From contig JBEKKT010000004.1 in assembly GCA_050010535.1 (NCBI GenBank), positions 46-64,045 on the forward strand: DNA of 64,000 bases, written 5' to 3'. This stretch comes from Methanomassiliicoccales archaeon. GTDB taxonomy: Archaea > Thermoplasmatota > Thermoplasmata > Methanomassiliicoccales > JACIVX01. Made by a program: the position numbers and the translations under genes. How positions within the stretch are numbered: position 1 is the first letter of the stretch; the number at the start of each line of letters is the position of its first letter. This document shows, in pieces, positions 46,474 through 54,573 of this stretch. Below the pieces are notes generated by a model that was not told the origin of the DNA, searched no databases, and was given only the letters and a program-made list of their open reading frames with translations.

Positions 46474-46757
46474 GCTAGCGCTCCTGCCACCAGCTTTGCC
46501 AGGTCGTTCGGCGAGAAACCCATTATGATGATGTTCTCCTTTGTTACGATCTCGTCCACCAACCCCTCGACGTTCTGCGCGGACAGAGGGAGCCTGAGCC
46601 CGACGAGGACCTTCTCGATGGCATCGAGCCCTTCCTCTGGATGGATGAAGAAGTCTCCGGTTATTTGGATCTGAAAGATTATGTTCCCTTCGAACGCTAT
46701 TTTGACCCTTAGGAGTTTCCCGCCTTTGACCTTGAACTCGGCCATTACGTTCTGCAT
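46470..46757 (-). CDS. lplB: Lipoate-protein ligase accessory (C-terminal domain) subunit
   Basis: 95 aa directly upstream of lplA with an ATGA overlap. FKVKGGKLLRVKIAFEGNII..QITGDFFIHPEEGL resembles the LplA C-terminal domain, as in the split Thermoplasma enzyme. Confidence 0.6.
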   Translation of the reverse strand: MQNVMAEFKVKGGKLLRVKIAFEGNIIFQIQITGDFFIHPEEGLDAIEKVLVGLRLPLSAQNVEGLVDEIVTKENIIIMGFSPNDLAKLVAGALA

Positions 46758-46835
46758 ATCACAATCTAGCTCGCTATCGAAACAGATAGTAATATCGTTT
46801 GCGCAGCGGGGGAGAACTGAGCGAGATTAGAGATC

Positions 46836-47129
46836 TCACCCGAGGGCCCACTTCTTTAGACCCTCGTACGAGATTCTTCCGCAAATCGCTTTCCCGGTCT
46901 GTTCATTGAAGAAGCTAGGCACGCCAAGGTCCCCTCCGCACGCCTTCGATATCACATCCCCGAGCTTACGCATGAATCGAGCATTTTCCTCGTTATGCCA
47001 GACCTCCAGCTCGGTGATCTCGACCCCTGTCTCGGCGATCAGTCTCTCGACCACCGGCCGCGTCTGCTTGCAATGAGGGCATTCCCTGCCCATGAACCAA
47101 ATCAATCTCTTGCCAACCTCATTTGCCAC
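46836..47129 (-). CDS. Thioredoxin/glutaredoxin-like protein (CPHC active site)
   Basis: WFMGRECPHCKQTRPVVERL..GVPSFF. Start taken at GTG 47129, just after the upstream stop. Confidence 0.7.
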   Translation of the reverse strand: MANEVGKRLIWFMGRECPHCKQTRPVVERLIAETGVEITELEVWHNEENARFMRKLGDVISKACGGDLGVPSFFNEQTGKAICGRISYEGLKKWALG

Positions 47130-47133
47130 ACCC

Positions 47134-47556
47134 TCACCTCTTGACGAATAGACCGCACCAGCATTCGCCATACTCCTTCCATGTCTTCTGAATAAGGAAA
47201 TTGCAGGGACAAATAAGATTCAGGTCCCTCTCAAAATCGCCAGTGGTCATCCTGCAAGGACAGTACTTGAAGCCCTTGTTCTTGACATTCTCGAGCTCGC
47301 CAATAGCCAGGGTCCGCACCATCTCATTGTCATCGTTCAACTTGAACTCCTTGACCTCGATGAAGCTCTCCCACGTCTTGATCAGATTCTCAGCTGTCTC
47401 GATCTTCCCTCCGTAATCGTCGATGACCTTGACGGCTTCACTACTGTCGACAAGAACGAAAGCGTCCTTGGCCCCGCAAGTAGGGCACACCTTTGGCCCT
47501 TTCACTCCGAAATGAATATCGTTGCAGACATGGCAGCGCCACAGTTTCTTGTTCAT
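47134..47556 (-). CDS. Ferredoxin:thioredoxin-reductase-like (FTR catalytic-type) disulfide reductase with N-terminal rubredoxin-type ribbon
   Basis: WRCHVCNDIHFG..VCPTCG (rubredoxin-like) followed by YCPCR..x14..CPCN..x13..CWC, which resembles the FTR CPC/CPC/CHC cluster motif. Confidence 0.6.
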   Translation of the reverse strand: MNKKLWRCHVCNDIHFGVKGPKVCPTCGAKDAFVLVDSSEAVKVIDDYGGKIETAENLIKTWESFIEVKEFKLNDDNEMVRTLAIGELENVKNKGFKYCPCRMTTGDFERDLNLICPCNFLIQKTWKEYGECWCGLFVKR

Positions 47557-47752
47557 AATTCCCGGGAAATTCAGTACGTTGCACAACTAATATAAAGCCA
47601 TTGTGAAGGGGTAGCGCCATGAGCAAGATATTGGGAATTGAGACCAGTGAGGCCATCACCGCAATTCACTCATGCGCTGAAGGAATTCTCAGAACCTGCA
47701 TTGTTAATATAAAACCGCAAGATTAATTAGCTCCCTTTCCCACTCTCCCCAC

Positions 47753-47977
47753 ATGCCTGAAGGATTATCTACCAACGCAGAGAAGGTCTTCAAGGCCATG
47801 GTGACGGCCGGGCTCGTCGGCGAAGAGAAGATGATGGATGCTCAGCGGATAACGAACATGTCCAGGCTTCCGAAGGCTCAGACGATGAATGCCTTGCAAG
47901 AGCTCGAGAAGAAGGGCTACGTGAAGCGCAAGGCCAGGGAAAAGTCGGCCGGCTACTTCCTGACAAAGACCCAGTGA
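47753..47977 (+). CDS. Small winged-helix DNA-binding protein
   Basis: 74 aa. AQRITNMSRLPKAQTMNALQELEKKGYVKRK..GYFLTK is a wHTH-like pattern. Confidence 0.45.
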   Translation: MPEGLSTNAEKVFKAMVTAGLVGEEKMMDAQRITNMSRLPKAQTMNALQELEKKGYVKRKAREKSAGYFLTKTQ

Positions 47978-48176
47978 CGGGCCGACAGTTGACGGCAGGC
48001 ATCGAGGCGATCGAGATTCGTAGAACTGTTTTGTAATCGTGTCCTCACCAGAGTTGTCCTTCATATTTCATTTCCTAGGGAATTAGGGGCGTGATCGATT
48101 CCAGTCTCCGCGACTTTGCTGAGGTGCTGACTCTGCCCCATAACCCTTATTTACCCTTATCGCGAATCCCGTCCAA

Positions 48177-48779
48177 ATGCCATTCGCAGACCTAGTCTAC
48201 GCTACAACCCTACTGTTCTTCATCTTCGACCCTTTCGCGAGCCTTCCGATATTCATCACGCTAACGAAGAGCTTCAGCGATGAGGACAAGATGAAAAGCG
48301 CGAACAAGGCGGTGCTGGTGGCCAGCATCTTGTTCGTGATATTCGTCTTTATAGGCAAGGGGCTGCTGGGAGTTTTCGGCATCACGACCCCCTCGTTCAG
48401 GATGGCCGGCGGGATTGTTCTGTTGCTGATGGCGATCGAGATCGTTTTCGGCATAGGTATTATGCACCAAGGCGAGCAGAATGTCGCCTGGGTCATCGTC
48501 GCAAGCCCGGTCCTGACTGGCCCGGGCGTCATCACCACTGCGATCATACTCACGACCAACTATGGGTATATCACCCCGCTGTTCGCGGGAGTGATCTCCC
48601 TCGTTATAACCTGGGGATTGCTCAGGAATGCCGCAACGATGGTCAGACTGGTCGGGAACAACGTCATCGATATATTCTCGAAGGTTATCGGGCTGTTCAT
48701 CGCGGCGATGGGCATAGAGTACATCATGAGGGGAGCGATCGACTACATCGTTGCCTCCGGTCTGATGTTGCTGCTTTGA
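48177..48779 (+). CDS. MarC-family integral membrane protein
   Basis: 200 aa, 6 TM. FFIFDPFASLPIFITLT..VIVASPVLTGPGVITTAIIL is typical of MarC/UPF0056. Confidence 0.75.
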   Translation: MPFADLVYATTLLFFIFDPFASLPIFITLTKSFSDEDKMKSANKAVLVASILFVIFVFIGKGLLGVFGITTPSFRMAGGIVLLLMAIEIVFGIGIMHQGEQNVAWVIVASPVLTGPGVITTAIILTTNYGYITPLFAGVISLVITWGLLRNAATMVRLVGNNVIDIFSKVIGLFIAAMGIEYIMRGAIDYIVASGLMLLL

Positions 48780-48817
48780 GTTGCGATCTGCTCCAGCTGG
48801 CTCTCGATTCGAATTGC

Positions 48818-49240
48818 TCACGCTAGGACGACGTCAAACCCCGCTTCACGGAGCGTTACCAGTGCCTTTTTGAGGTCCCGTTCTTTGACAAGGAGGTGAT
48901 CCGTGGAGTACGCGGATATAACGAGGACTCCTACGCCTGCTTCGGCTAGCGCGCTTGATACAAATGCCAAAAATCCTATAAGTTCAAAGGGTAGCACCGC
49001 ATCGAAGGTGATTAACCTCCAATTCCTCTCGACCTCCAAAGCATCGGATTCGTCAAATCGGGACTGATCGATGACTGCAGATACCTCCTTACCATCATCG
49101 ACGACTGCGAAGCATCCCGCGAGCTGCTTCCTGATCCTGGCGACGGCGAACTTCTCCGTCCGGACCAGGGCCTTCATCCCCTTGACGGCCTTGTAGTCAA
49201 GAACCGTCCCAAGTCCGACCGGATCACTCTCATTCTTCAA
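48818..49240 (-). CDS. ACT-domain-containing protein (COG3603-like)
   Basis: The C-terminal GFLAFVSSALAEAGVGVLVISAYSTDHLLVKERDLKKAL is an ACT-like ligand-binding fold pattern. Confidence 0.5.
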   Translation of the reverse strand: MKNESDPVGLGTVLDYKAVKGMKALVRTEKFAVARIRKQLAGCFAVVDDGKEVSAVIDQSRFDESDALEVERNWRLITFDAVLPFELIGFLAFVSSALAEAGVGVLVISAYSTDHLLVKERDLKKALVTLREAGFDVVLA

Positions 49241-49343
49241 GATGACGACCTCAACCCAGTGGGCGAATCACTGCCAATGACTTCAATGGCTGAGTCGGTA
49301 TTAGTAGGTTGACGGTTAACGCAATCGCATCCGTCTAATATCC

Positions 49344-50018
49344 GTGATCCGCATACACAATCTGCTTGAACACATGACTGATTTTAGCTCACTGAGGGAA
49401 TCACAGAGAGAGGGGTGGAATAGAGAATACAATTCCAGATCTCCCTTGTGGAGGGGTCCTTCCGATTTCGAAGTCCCTCTGGGCGAGCATGATGAAGTCC
49501 TCGAACTTGGCTGCGGTGACGGAAAGACACTTGGAGGTCTGCTCGGGTCAGGGCGCTTCGTCGTCGCGACAGACCACTCCACGAGAGCGATAGAAGCGTG
49601 CGACAAGAGGTTCGGACCTCAGCTGAAACTCAACCTCGTGGTTTCTGATGTCTGTGCTCTTCCATTCGCTACTCGATCGTTCGATGCCGTCGTCGCGTCT
49701 CACATCCTTGAACATCTGATGTCTGACGATCGCGCGAAAACGGCAGCGGAGTGCAGAAGGATACTGAGACCGAGCGGGAGAGCATTCGTTCGCGTCTTCT
49801 CGGTGCACGACATGCGCTGTGGAAAGGGGAAAGAAGTCGAAAGGAACACCTTCATCCGGGGCAGCTCGATAACGTATCACTACTTTTCCGAGGTCGAGCT
49901 GAGGAGTCTGTTCCGGCATTTCAGAGAAGAGTCGCTCGAGGAACGAATAGTCGACAGACATTTCGCGGGAAAATACCTGCGGAGAGTAACGCTTGACGCG
50001 GTTTTCACAATGAGCTGA
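49344..50018 (+). CDS. Class I SAM-dependent methyltransferase
   Basis: Motif I VLELGCGDGK and post-I/II segments (VVATDHS; FDAVVASHILEHL). Alternative ATG start at 49374. Confidence 0.7.
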   Translation: MIRIHNLLEHMTDFSSLRESQREGWNREYNSRSPLWRGPSDFEVPLGEHDEVLELGCGDGKTLGGLLGSGRFVVATDHSTRAIEACDKRFGPQLKLNLVVSDVCALPFATRSFDAVVASHILEHLMSDDRAKTAAECRRILRPSGRAFVRVFSVHDMRCGKGKEVERNTFIRGSSITYHYFSEVELRSLFRHFREESLEERIVDRHFAGKYLRRVTLDAVFTMS

Positions 50019-50079
50019 TGGGGAACAGGTAGAGTCCGCGTGAGAGGCTTTTATAACGGAGGAATCGTAATTCCATGCC

Positions 50080-50463
50080 ATGTCCAAGTCAAAAGAAAAG
50101 ACAGGGAAGGCAGATAGAGCGGTTAAGGATCTGAAAAAGAAGATGTGCGGGTATTTGCCGAAGACGCTGGACCACATTAGAGAGCACAACCCTGAACTGG
50201 CAGTCCTGATCAAAGATATGGACCAAATCGTAGTTAACGACGGTGCGTTGGACAGGAAGACGAAACGCTTGATCGCGCTGGCTTGCGTCGCAGTAAGGAT
50301 GTGCGAGGACTGCGTCTATCCCCAGGCGAAGGTTGCCAAGAACTACGGTGCGACGAAAGAGGAGATCGTGGAAGCGCTTCAGGTCGCAGTCTTGACCGGT
50401 GGGGTCCCGACATGGTCCGTCGCGAAGAAGGGCATAACGAAGCTCTTTGATGAGTGGGGATAG
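50080..50463 (+). CDS. Carboxymuconolactone decarboxylase/AhpD-like family protein
   Basis: LDRKTKRLIALACVAVRMCEDCVYPQAKVAKNYGATKEEIVEAL (CxxC in the AhpD-like fold). TAG stop. Confidence 0.7.
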   Translation: MSKSKEKTGKADRAVKDLKKKMCGYLPKTLDHIREHNPELAVLIKDMDQIVVNDGALDRKTKRLIALACVAVRMCEDCVYPQAKVAKNYGATKEEIVEALQVAVLTGGVPTWSVAKKGITKLFDEWG

Positions 50464-50754
50464 GTCCGGTTTCCGGCTGGATTTCGTATTTCTTCGAAAG
50501 TCAACGGTCTTTCCTCATGTCGATCCAGCGAGCCATCTGTACAAAGACAAGGCTCGCAGGCCATCGATTAGACACTGACATATGCTATCACGTATCAACC
50601 ACTCCCCCTTTGTCCAGCTTGTTCAAAATCCATGGGAAGGCATAGAGGACATCCAGGCCAGGTGGAAGATTGTGCACTAGCGTTGATGGAAAAAGGTCGT
50701 AGGATGCGACAGAGTGTGTTATCTCCTGTCTCATTCTGTCTCTTTCCCATCTGC

Positions 50755-50780
50755 CGTCAGAACTGTCAGAAGTGTCAGAA
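50755..50780. repeat. Three tandem 9-nt units (N)TGTCAGAA immediately 3' of tRNA-Ala
   Basis: CGTCAGAA-C-TGTCAGAA-G-TGTCAGAA at 50755-50780. On the tRNA strand this reads TTCTGAC x3 after a T-run. Confidence 0.5.
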
Positions 50781-50782
50781 AA

Positions 50783-50880
50783 TGGTGGACCGAGCGGGAT
50801 TTGAACCCGCGGCCTCCGCCTTGCGAAGGCGGCGATCTTTAGTGACGCCTCTGGAGGCGCATCCACTGATCTATCGGCCC
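50783..50880 (-). tRNA. tRNA-Ala (anticodon CGC) with ~20-nt insert in the D-loop; CCA encoded
   Basis: Acceptor GGGCCGA/TCGGTCC with G3:U70. D-stem GATC/GATC. Anticodon stem CCGCC/GGCGG with loop TTCGCAA. T-arm GCGGG-TTCAAAT-CCCGC. The D-loop is 30 nt (AGTGGATGCGCCTCCAGAGGCGTCACTAAA) instead of about 8-10. Confidence 0.8.
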
Positions 50881-50900
50881 GCGGATGGATAACAGGAGGA

Positions 50901-50910
50901 CAGATTTAAC
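50901..50910 (-). promoter_or_regulatory. TATA-like box upstream of tRNA-Ala
   Basis: The minus strand reads GTTAAATCTG, centred about 26 nt upstream of the tRNA 5' end. Confidence 0.4.
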
Positions 50911-50939
50911 CCTTTTCTCGGACAAGACCGCTGGTGCGA

Positions 50940-52298
50940 CTAATCTCTAGCGTTGATCAATTTTTTGGCATCTGCCACAGCCTCGTCGACGATCCGCGGC
51001 GCCATCCCGACGTAGTTCCCCGGATCCATCACCTTCCTCAGCTCTGCCTTACTGAGGACCAGCTTCACCTCTTTCGAGTATGCGAGCGCATCGATAAGAC
51101 TTCTCCCATCGTTCTCCGCCTTCAGACAGACCGTCCTGACGAGCTCGTGCGCCTCCTGCCGACCCATCCCTTTCTCGACGAGCGCCATCATGACCGACTC
51201 GGCCATGATCATACCCTGAGACATCCCAAGATTCTCCTTCATCTTGTCCGCCCTGACCACGAGGCTGGAGTATATCTCGTTCGTCTTCGCAAGGATGTCG
51301 TCGGCAAGCACGAAAACGTGTGGTATGATGAACCTCTCCGAACTTGAGTTCGTCAGATCCCTCTCATGCCAGAGAATCATATTCTCCATTGAGGGAGCGA
51401 CAAAAGCTCTCACTATTCTCGCCAGTCCGCAGACATTTTCAGAGGCGATCGGATTCTTCTTCTGCGCCATCGTAGAACTGCCAACCTGGTTCTTACAGTC
51501 GAAGGCCTCCGAGACCTCCTGGATCTCCGATCGCTGGAGGTTCCTCACTTCGGTCGCGTATCGCTCGCATGAAGTGCACAACTGGGCCAGCACGGAGACG
51601 ATTTCAGCGTATCTGTCCCTGCAGACGATCTGGGTCGCAGCCTTTTCGACACCGAGACCGAGCTCCGTCATAACCGCGTCCTGGATCTCAAGCGACTTCG
51701 GGCCGAAAGCCGCGCTCGTTCCCACGGCCCCGGACATCTTCCCGACGCATACCCTTCTCCTCGCTTCGGCCAGTCGCTCCAGGTATCTCATCATCTCTGT
51801 CAGATATCCTGCGATCTTGAATCCGAAGGTCGTAGGAACGGCGAATTGCCCATGAGTCCTTCCGACCATGACGGTCCTTCGGTGCTTCTTCGCCATTCCA
51901 GCGAGTGTGTCGATCAGTCTCAGTACGTCATCTTCCAGAATGTCAAGAGCTATTGACATCTGGATCGCAGTAGCGGTGTCGATGATGTCGTTCGAGGTCG
52001 CTCCTAGATGCACGTACTTGCCGGCAGCCCCGCACTGCTCGGAGAGCGCCTTGACCATGGCCATTACATCGTGCTTCGTCTTCTTTTCGATCTCCTTGAC
52101 GCTTTCGAGCGTGACATACTTCAGGTCCGCTTTTGATGCGATCGCTGCCGCATCCTTCTTGCTTATGTTCCGAGCGCTCGCATGGGCCCTGGCAAGGGCC
52201 GCCTCGACGAGCAACTGCGTCCTGAGCTTGGTCTCCTCGCTGAAAACAGTCTTCATTTCGTCGCGCCCGTACCGGTAGTCTAGGGGGCAGAGAAGCAT
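50940..52298 (-). CDS. purB: Adenylosuccinate lyase
   Basis: CPLDYRYGRDEMK..HLGATSNDIIDTA..GKMSGAVGT..SSTMAQKKNP (fumarate-lyase signature). 452 aa, TAG stop. Confidence 0.9.
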   Translation of the reverse strand: MLLCPLDYRYGRDEMKTVFSEETKLRTQLLVEAALARAHASARNISKKDAAAIASKADLKYVTLESVKEIEKKTKHDVMAMVKALSEQCGAAGKYVHLGATSNDIIDTATAIQMSIALDILEDDVLRLIDTLAGMAKKHRRTVMVGRTHGQFAVPTTFGFKIAGYLTEMMRYLERLAEARRRVCVGKMSGAVGTSAAFGPKSLEIQDAVMTELGLGVEKAATQIVCRDRYAEIVSVLAQLCTSCERYATEVRNLQRSEIQEVSEAFDCKNQVGSSTMAQKKNPIASENVCGLARIVRAFVAPSMENMILWHERDLTNSSSERFIIPHVFVLADDILAKTNEIYSSLVVRADKMKENLGMSQGMIMAESVMMALVEKGMGRQEAHELVRTVCLKAENDGRSLIDALAYSKEVKLVLSKAELRKVMDPGNYVGMAPRIVDEAVADAKKLINARD

Positions 52299-52405
52299 TT
52301 CCTCACTTCCCTTAGATAAAAATCGTTGGACATTAATGTTATGGTCTAGAGGGATAGGTTGGCCCTGCTGAACAGAAGAAAAGGATTAAGAGGGTTTTCA
52401 GGGAT

Positions 52406-54028
52406 ATGGTTGCGGCGTTCGATTTGGGGTCTGATACAAAGAGCGGTAGGATACCTCAGGAGATCCTGGATTTCCTGAGGAGCGCTGGCGGACATTCTCT
52501 CATCATCAAAGGCGAAGCCGGCACGGGGAAGACGACATTCGCTCTGCAAATGGTCGAGGAGCTGGCTGAGGAGCAAACGGAGTACTACTTGTCGTCAAGG
52601 GTTTCGGACGAAGCCCTATATCGTCAATTCCCCTGGCTAAAGGAGAGGGCAAGGCGCAACAACATCCTGAGGGCGGGAAAGAGCTTCCTGAAGCAGACGA
52701 GGCCCGCGCAGTTGAAGACGGAGGAGGTGTTGCATGCCGATGCCACACTGAAGGCCGCGAAGGAGCTGCTGAGGGCCCTTGCCCGCTCGGAAAGCGTGCC
52801 AGGCGTTGTCAGATCTGAGCTGCAGAAGCTTGAAGGTCAGATCGAGGCGGGCGACCTGGGTGGTGATGAGAGCGAGTACAGTTCCGGAGAGGTCACGGAC
52901 AGCTCGATAATCCTGGACCTCGGAGTGATGCTACCAGAGCTGGAGCTTGCATACGATTTAGCGGAGACGAACCTCCCGAGGAAGACCCTTGTCGTCATAG
53001 ACAGCATGGATTCTTTGTCCGAGAGATATGGAATCGCCTCCCATCGCATCGTGAGCACCCTGCAGAAGGACCTCGTGGAGCACTCGGGAACGAACATCGC
53101 GTATATACTCGAAACCTCCGGACGCTCGAGCATGGACTTCCTGGGGGACGGCGTGGTTGCGCTCCTGAGTGGAGAGAAGGAGGGTCGGAGGGTCAGGCAG
53201 CTCGTGATAGAGAAGCTGAGGGGCTCAAGGATAGAGCGGTGGAGGTACACGTTCACGCTTGCGGATGGAAGAATAAGGACCTTCGAGCCCACCTGGATTA
53301 GGATGCCTGAGACATTGAAGAAGCACTCCCCGGTCGAGGACCGGAGGGACGGTGTCGCCTCTACCGGTAACAAGAATGTCGACGAGGTGCTCGGGGGCCT
53401 TCCGCTTGGCGCTCTGACCCTTGTGGAGATCAGTGCGGACGTGCCTCAAGAGGTCGTACGCTGCTTCGAGCTATCCTTAATCTCCGACTTCCTGTCGAAG
53501 AAGAGGGGCGTCATCTGGTATCCGTTGAACTCTATTGACTATTCGCTGCTGGACAAACAGATGGCGGTGCTTGTTCCGAAGGATGGGGCCGCGAAGGGGC
53601 TGAGGGTCCTAGACGCGTCTGGGACAGCCGAGGGCTCGTATCCGTTCATCACCACGATCGAGGGGAGCAAGGCCTCTCATGACATGAAATGGGATTCACT
53701 GAGGTACATGCTGTCTGGAGCCTCGCCGCCCTATCTGTCGCTGTTGGGATACGATGCGTTGGAGGCCCAGTACGGCCAAGAGGTTCTGGCCGGGGCGTTC
53801 GGGCACATCGACTCGGCCCGGCGGGACGGGCAGGTCGTCGTTGCGGAGGCCACCCAGGCGTCGAAATCTCTGATGTCACTCGCCCACCAGGCGCAGATGC
53901 ACGTGAAGCTCGAGAGCATGGAGGGCGCCGTCATGCTGTGCGGGCAGAAACCTTTCACGCCGTACTACCACCTCGAGTTCGAGTACGAGAATGGCTTTCC
54001 CAACGCCAGACTCGTGCCGATGCTTTGA
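52406..54028 (+). CDS. Two-domain KaiC/RecA-superfamily ATPase (N-domain P-loop intact, C-domain degenerate)
   Basis: IPQEILDFLRSAGGHSLIIKGEAGTGKTTFALQMV, Walker B-like LVVIDSMDSL, and a second domain STGNKNVDEVLGGLPLGALTLVEISADV without a P-loop. A ~130-aa insert lies between Walker A and B. Confidence 0.7.
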   Translation: MVAAFDLGSDTKSGRIPQEILDFLRSAGGHSLIIKGEAGTGKTTFALQMVEELAEEQTEYYLSSRVSDEALYRQFPWLKERARRNNILRAGKSFLKQTRPAQLKTEEVLHADATLKAAKELLRALARSESVPGVVRSELQKLEGQIEAGDLGGDESEYSSGEVTDSSIILDLGVMLPELELAYDLAETNLPRKTLVVIDSMDSLSERYGIASHRIVSTLQKDLVEHSGTNIAYILETSGRSSMDFLGDGVVALLSGEKEGRRVRQLVIEKLRGSRIERWRYTFTLADGRIRTFEPTWIRMPETLKKHSPVEDRRDGVASTGNKNVDEVLGGLPLGALTLVEISADVPQEVVRCFELSLISDFLSKKRGVIWYPLNSIDYSLLDKQMAVLVPKDGAAKGLRVLDASGTAEGSYPFITTIEGSKASHDMKWDSLRYMLSGASPPYLSLLGYDALEAQYGQEVLAGAFGHIDSARRDGQVVVAEATQASKSLMSLAHQAQMHVKLESMEGAVMLCGQKPFTPYYHLEFEYENGFPNARLVPML

Positions 54029-54042
54029 CATCGGGTCCCTTT

Positions 54043-54063
54043 TCTGATATCAGATTTGATATC
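54043..54063. promoter_or_regulatory. TCTGATATC / GATATC pair upstream of the first wHTH gene (candidate operator)
   Basis: TCTGATATCAG (containing the perfect 10-bp palindrome CTGATATCAG) and a second GATATC 14 nt downstream, about 45-65 nt before ATG 54107. Confidence 0.45.
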
Positions 54064-54106
54064 TGCGGAACAAAGTCTTTAAGAATCAGCGGTCATCGAA
54101 AACTCG

Positions 54107-54460
54107 ATGGAAGGAGCGACCCCTCAGGAAGAGGCGATCTCCAGACTGATGGCGGACGAATACGCCGGCAAGATTCTCAGCACGACCCACAGAAGCCCAA
54201 TGTCTGTGCAAAACATCAGCAGAGTCTGCGGGATTCCTATTGCAGTTGCTTACAGGCGCGTCTCAAAGATGGAGGACATCGGCCTCTTGAGATGCGTCAG
54301 GCAGGAAGAGGTCTTCAGGGGCAAAAAGGTACGGTACTACCAGTGCGCAGTCAGGGTGCTCAGGCTCATTTTCATGGAGGGGCGCTTCAGGATCGAGGTC
54401 GAGTGGTTGCCGGATGAGGAGTTCATTGTGCAACCTGAGGTTATCGTGGCGAGGGCATAG
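54107..54460 (+). CDS. ArsR-like winged-helix transcription regulator (paralog 1)
   Basis: DEYAGKILSTTHRSPMSVQNISRVCGIPIAVAYRRVSKMEDIGLLRCV..GKKVRYYQ. TAG stop. Confidence 0.65.
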   Translation: MEGATPQEEAISRLMADEYAGKILSTTHRSPMSVQNISRVCGIPIAVAYRRVSKMEDIGLLRCVRQEEVFRGKKVRYYQCAVRVLRLIFMEGRFRIEVEWLPDEEFIVQPEVIVARA

Positions 54461-54481
54461 GGCCTCGACCCGGCGAAATCG

Positions 54482-54508
54482 TCTGATATCTTGGAAGATT
54501 TTAATATC
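54482..54508. promoter_or_regulatory. TCTGATATC / AATATC pair upstream of the second wHTH gene (candidate operator)
   Basis: Exact 9-mer TCTGATATC (identical to 54043-54051) plus AATATC 18 nt downstream, overlapping the TATA-like GATTTTAATAT. Confidence 0.45.
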
Positions 54509-54573
54509 CATCCATCCCCTTCAATTACTCTGAAGGAGGAAGATCGATCGACCTTCTGAAGACCTCCCAGCTC

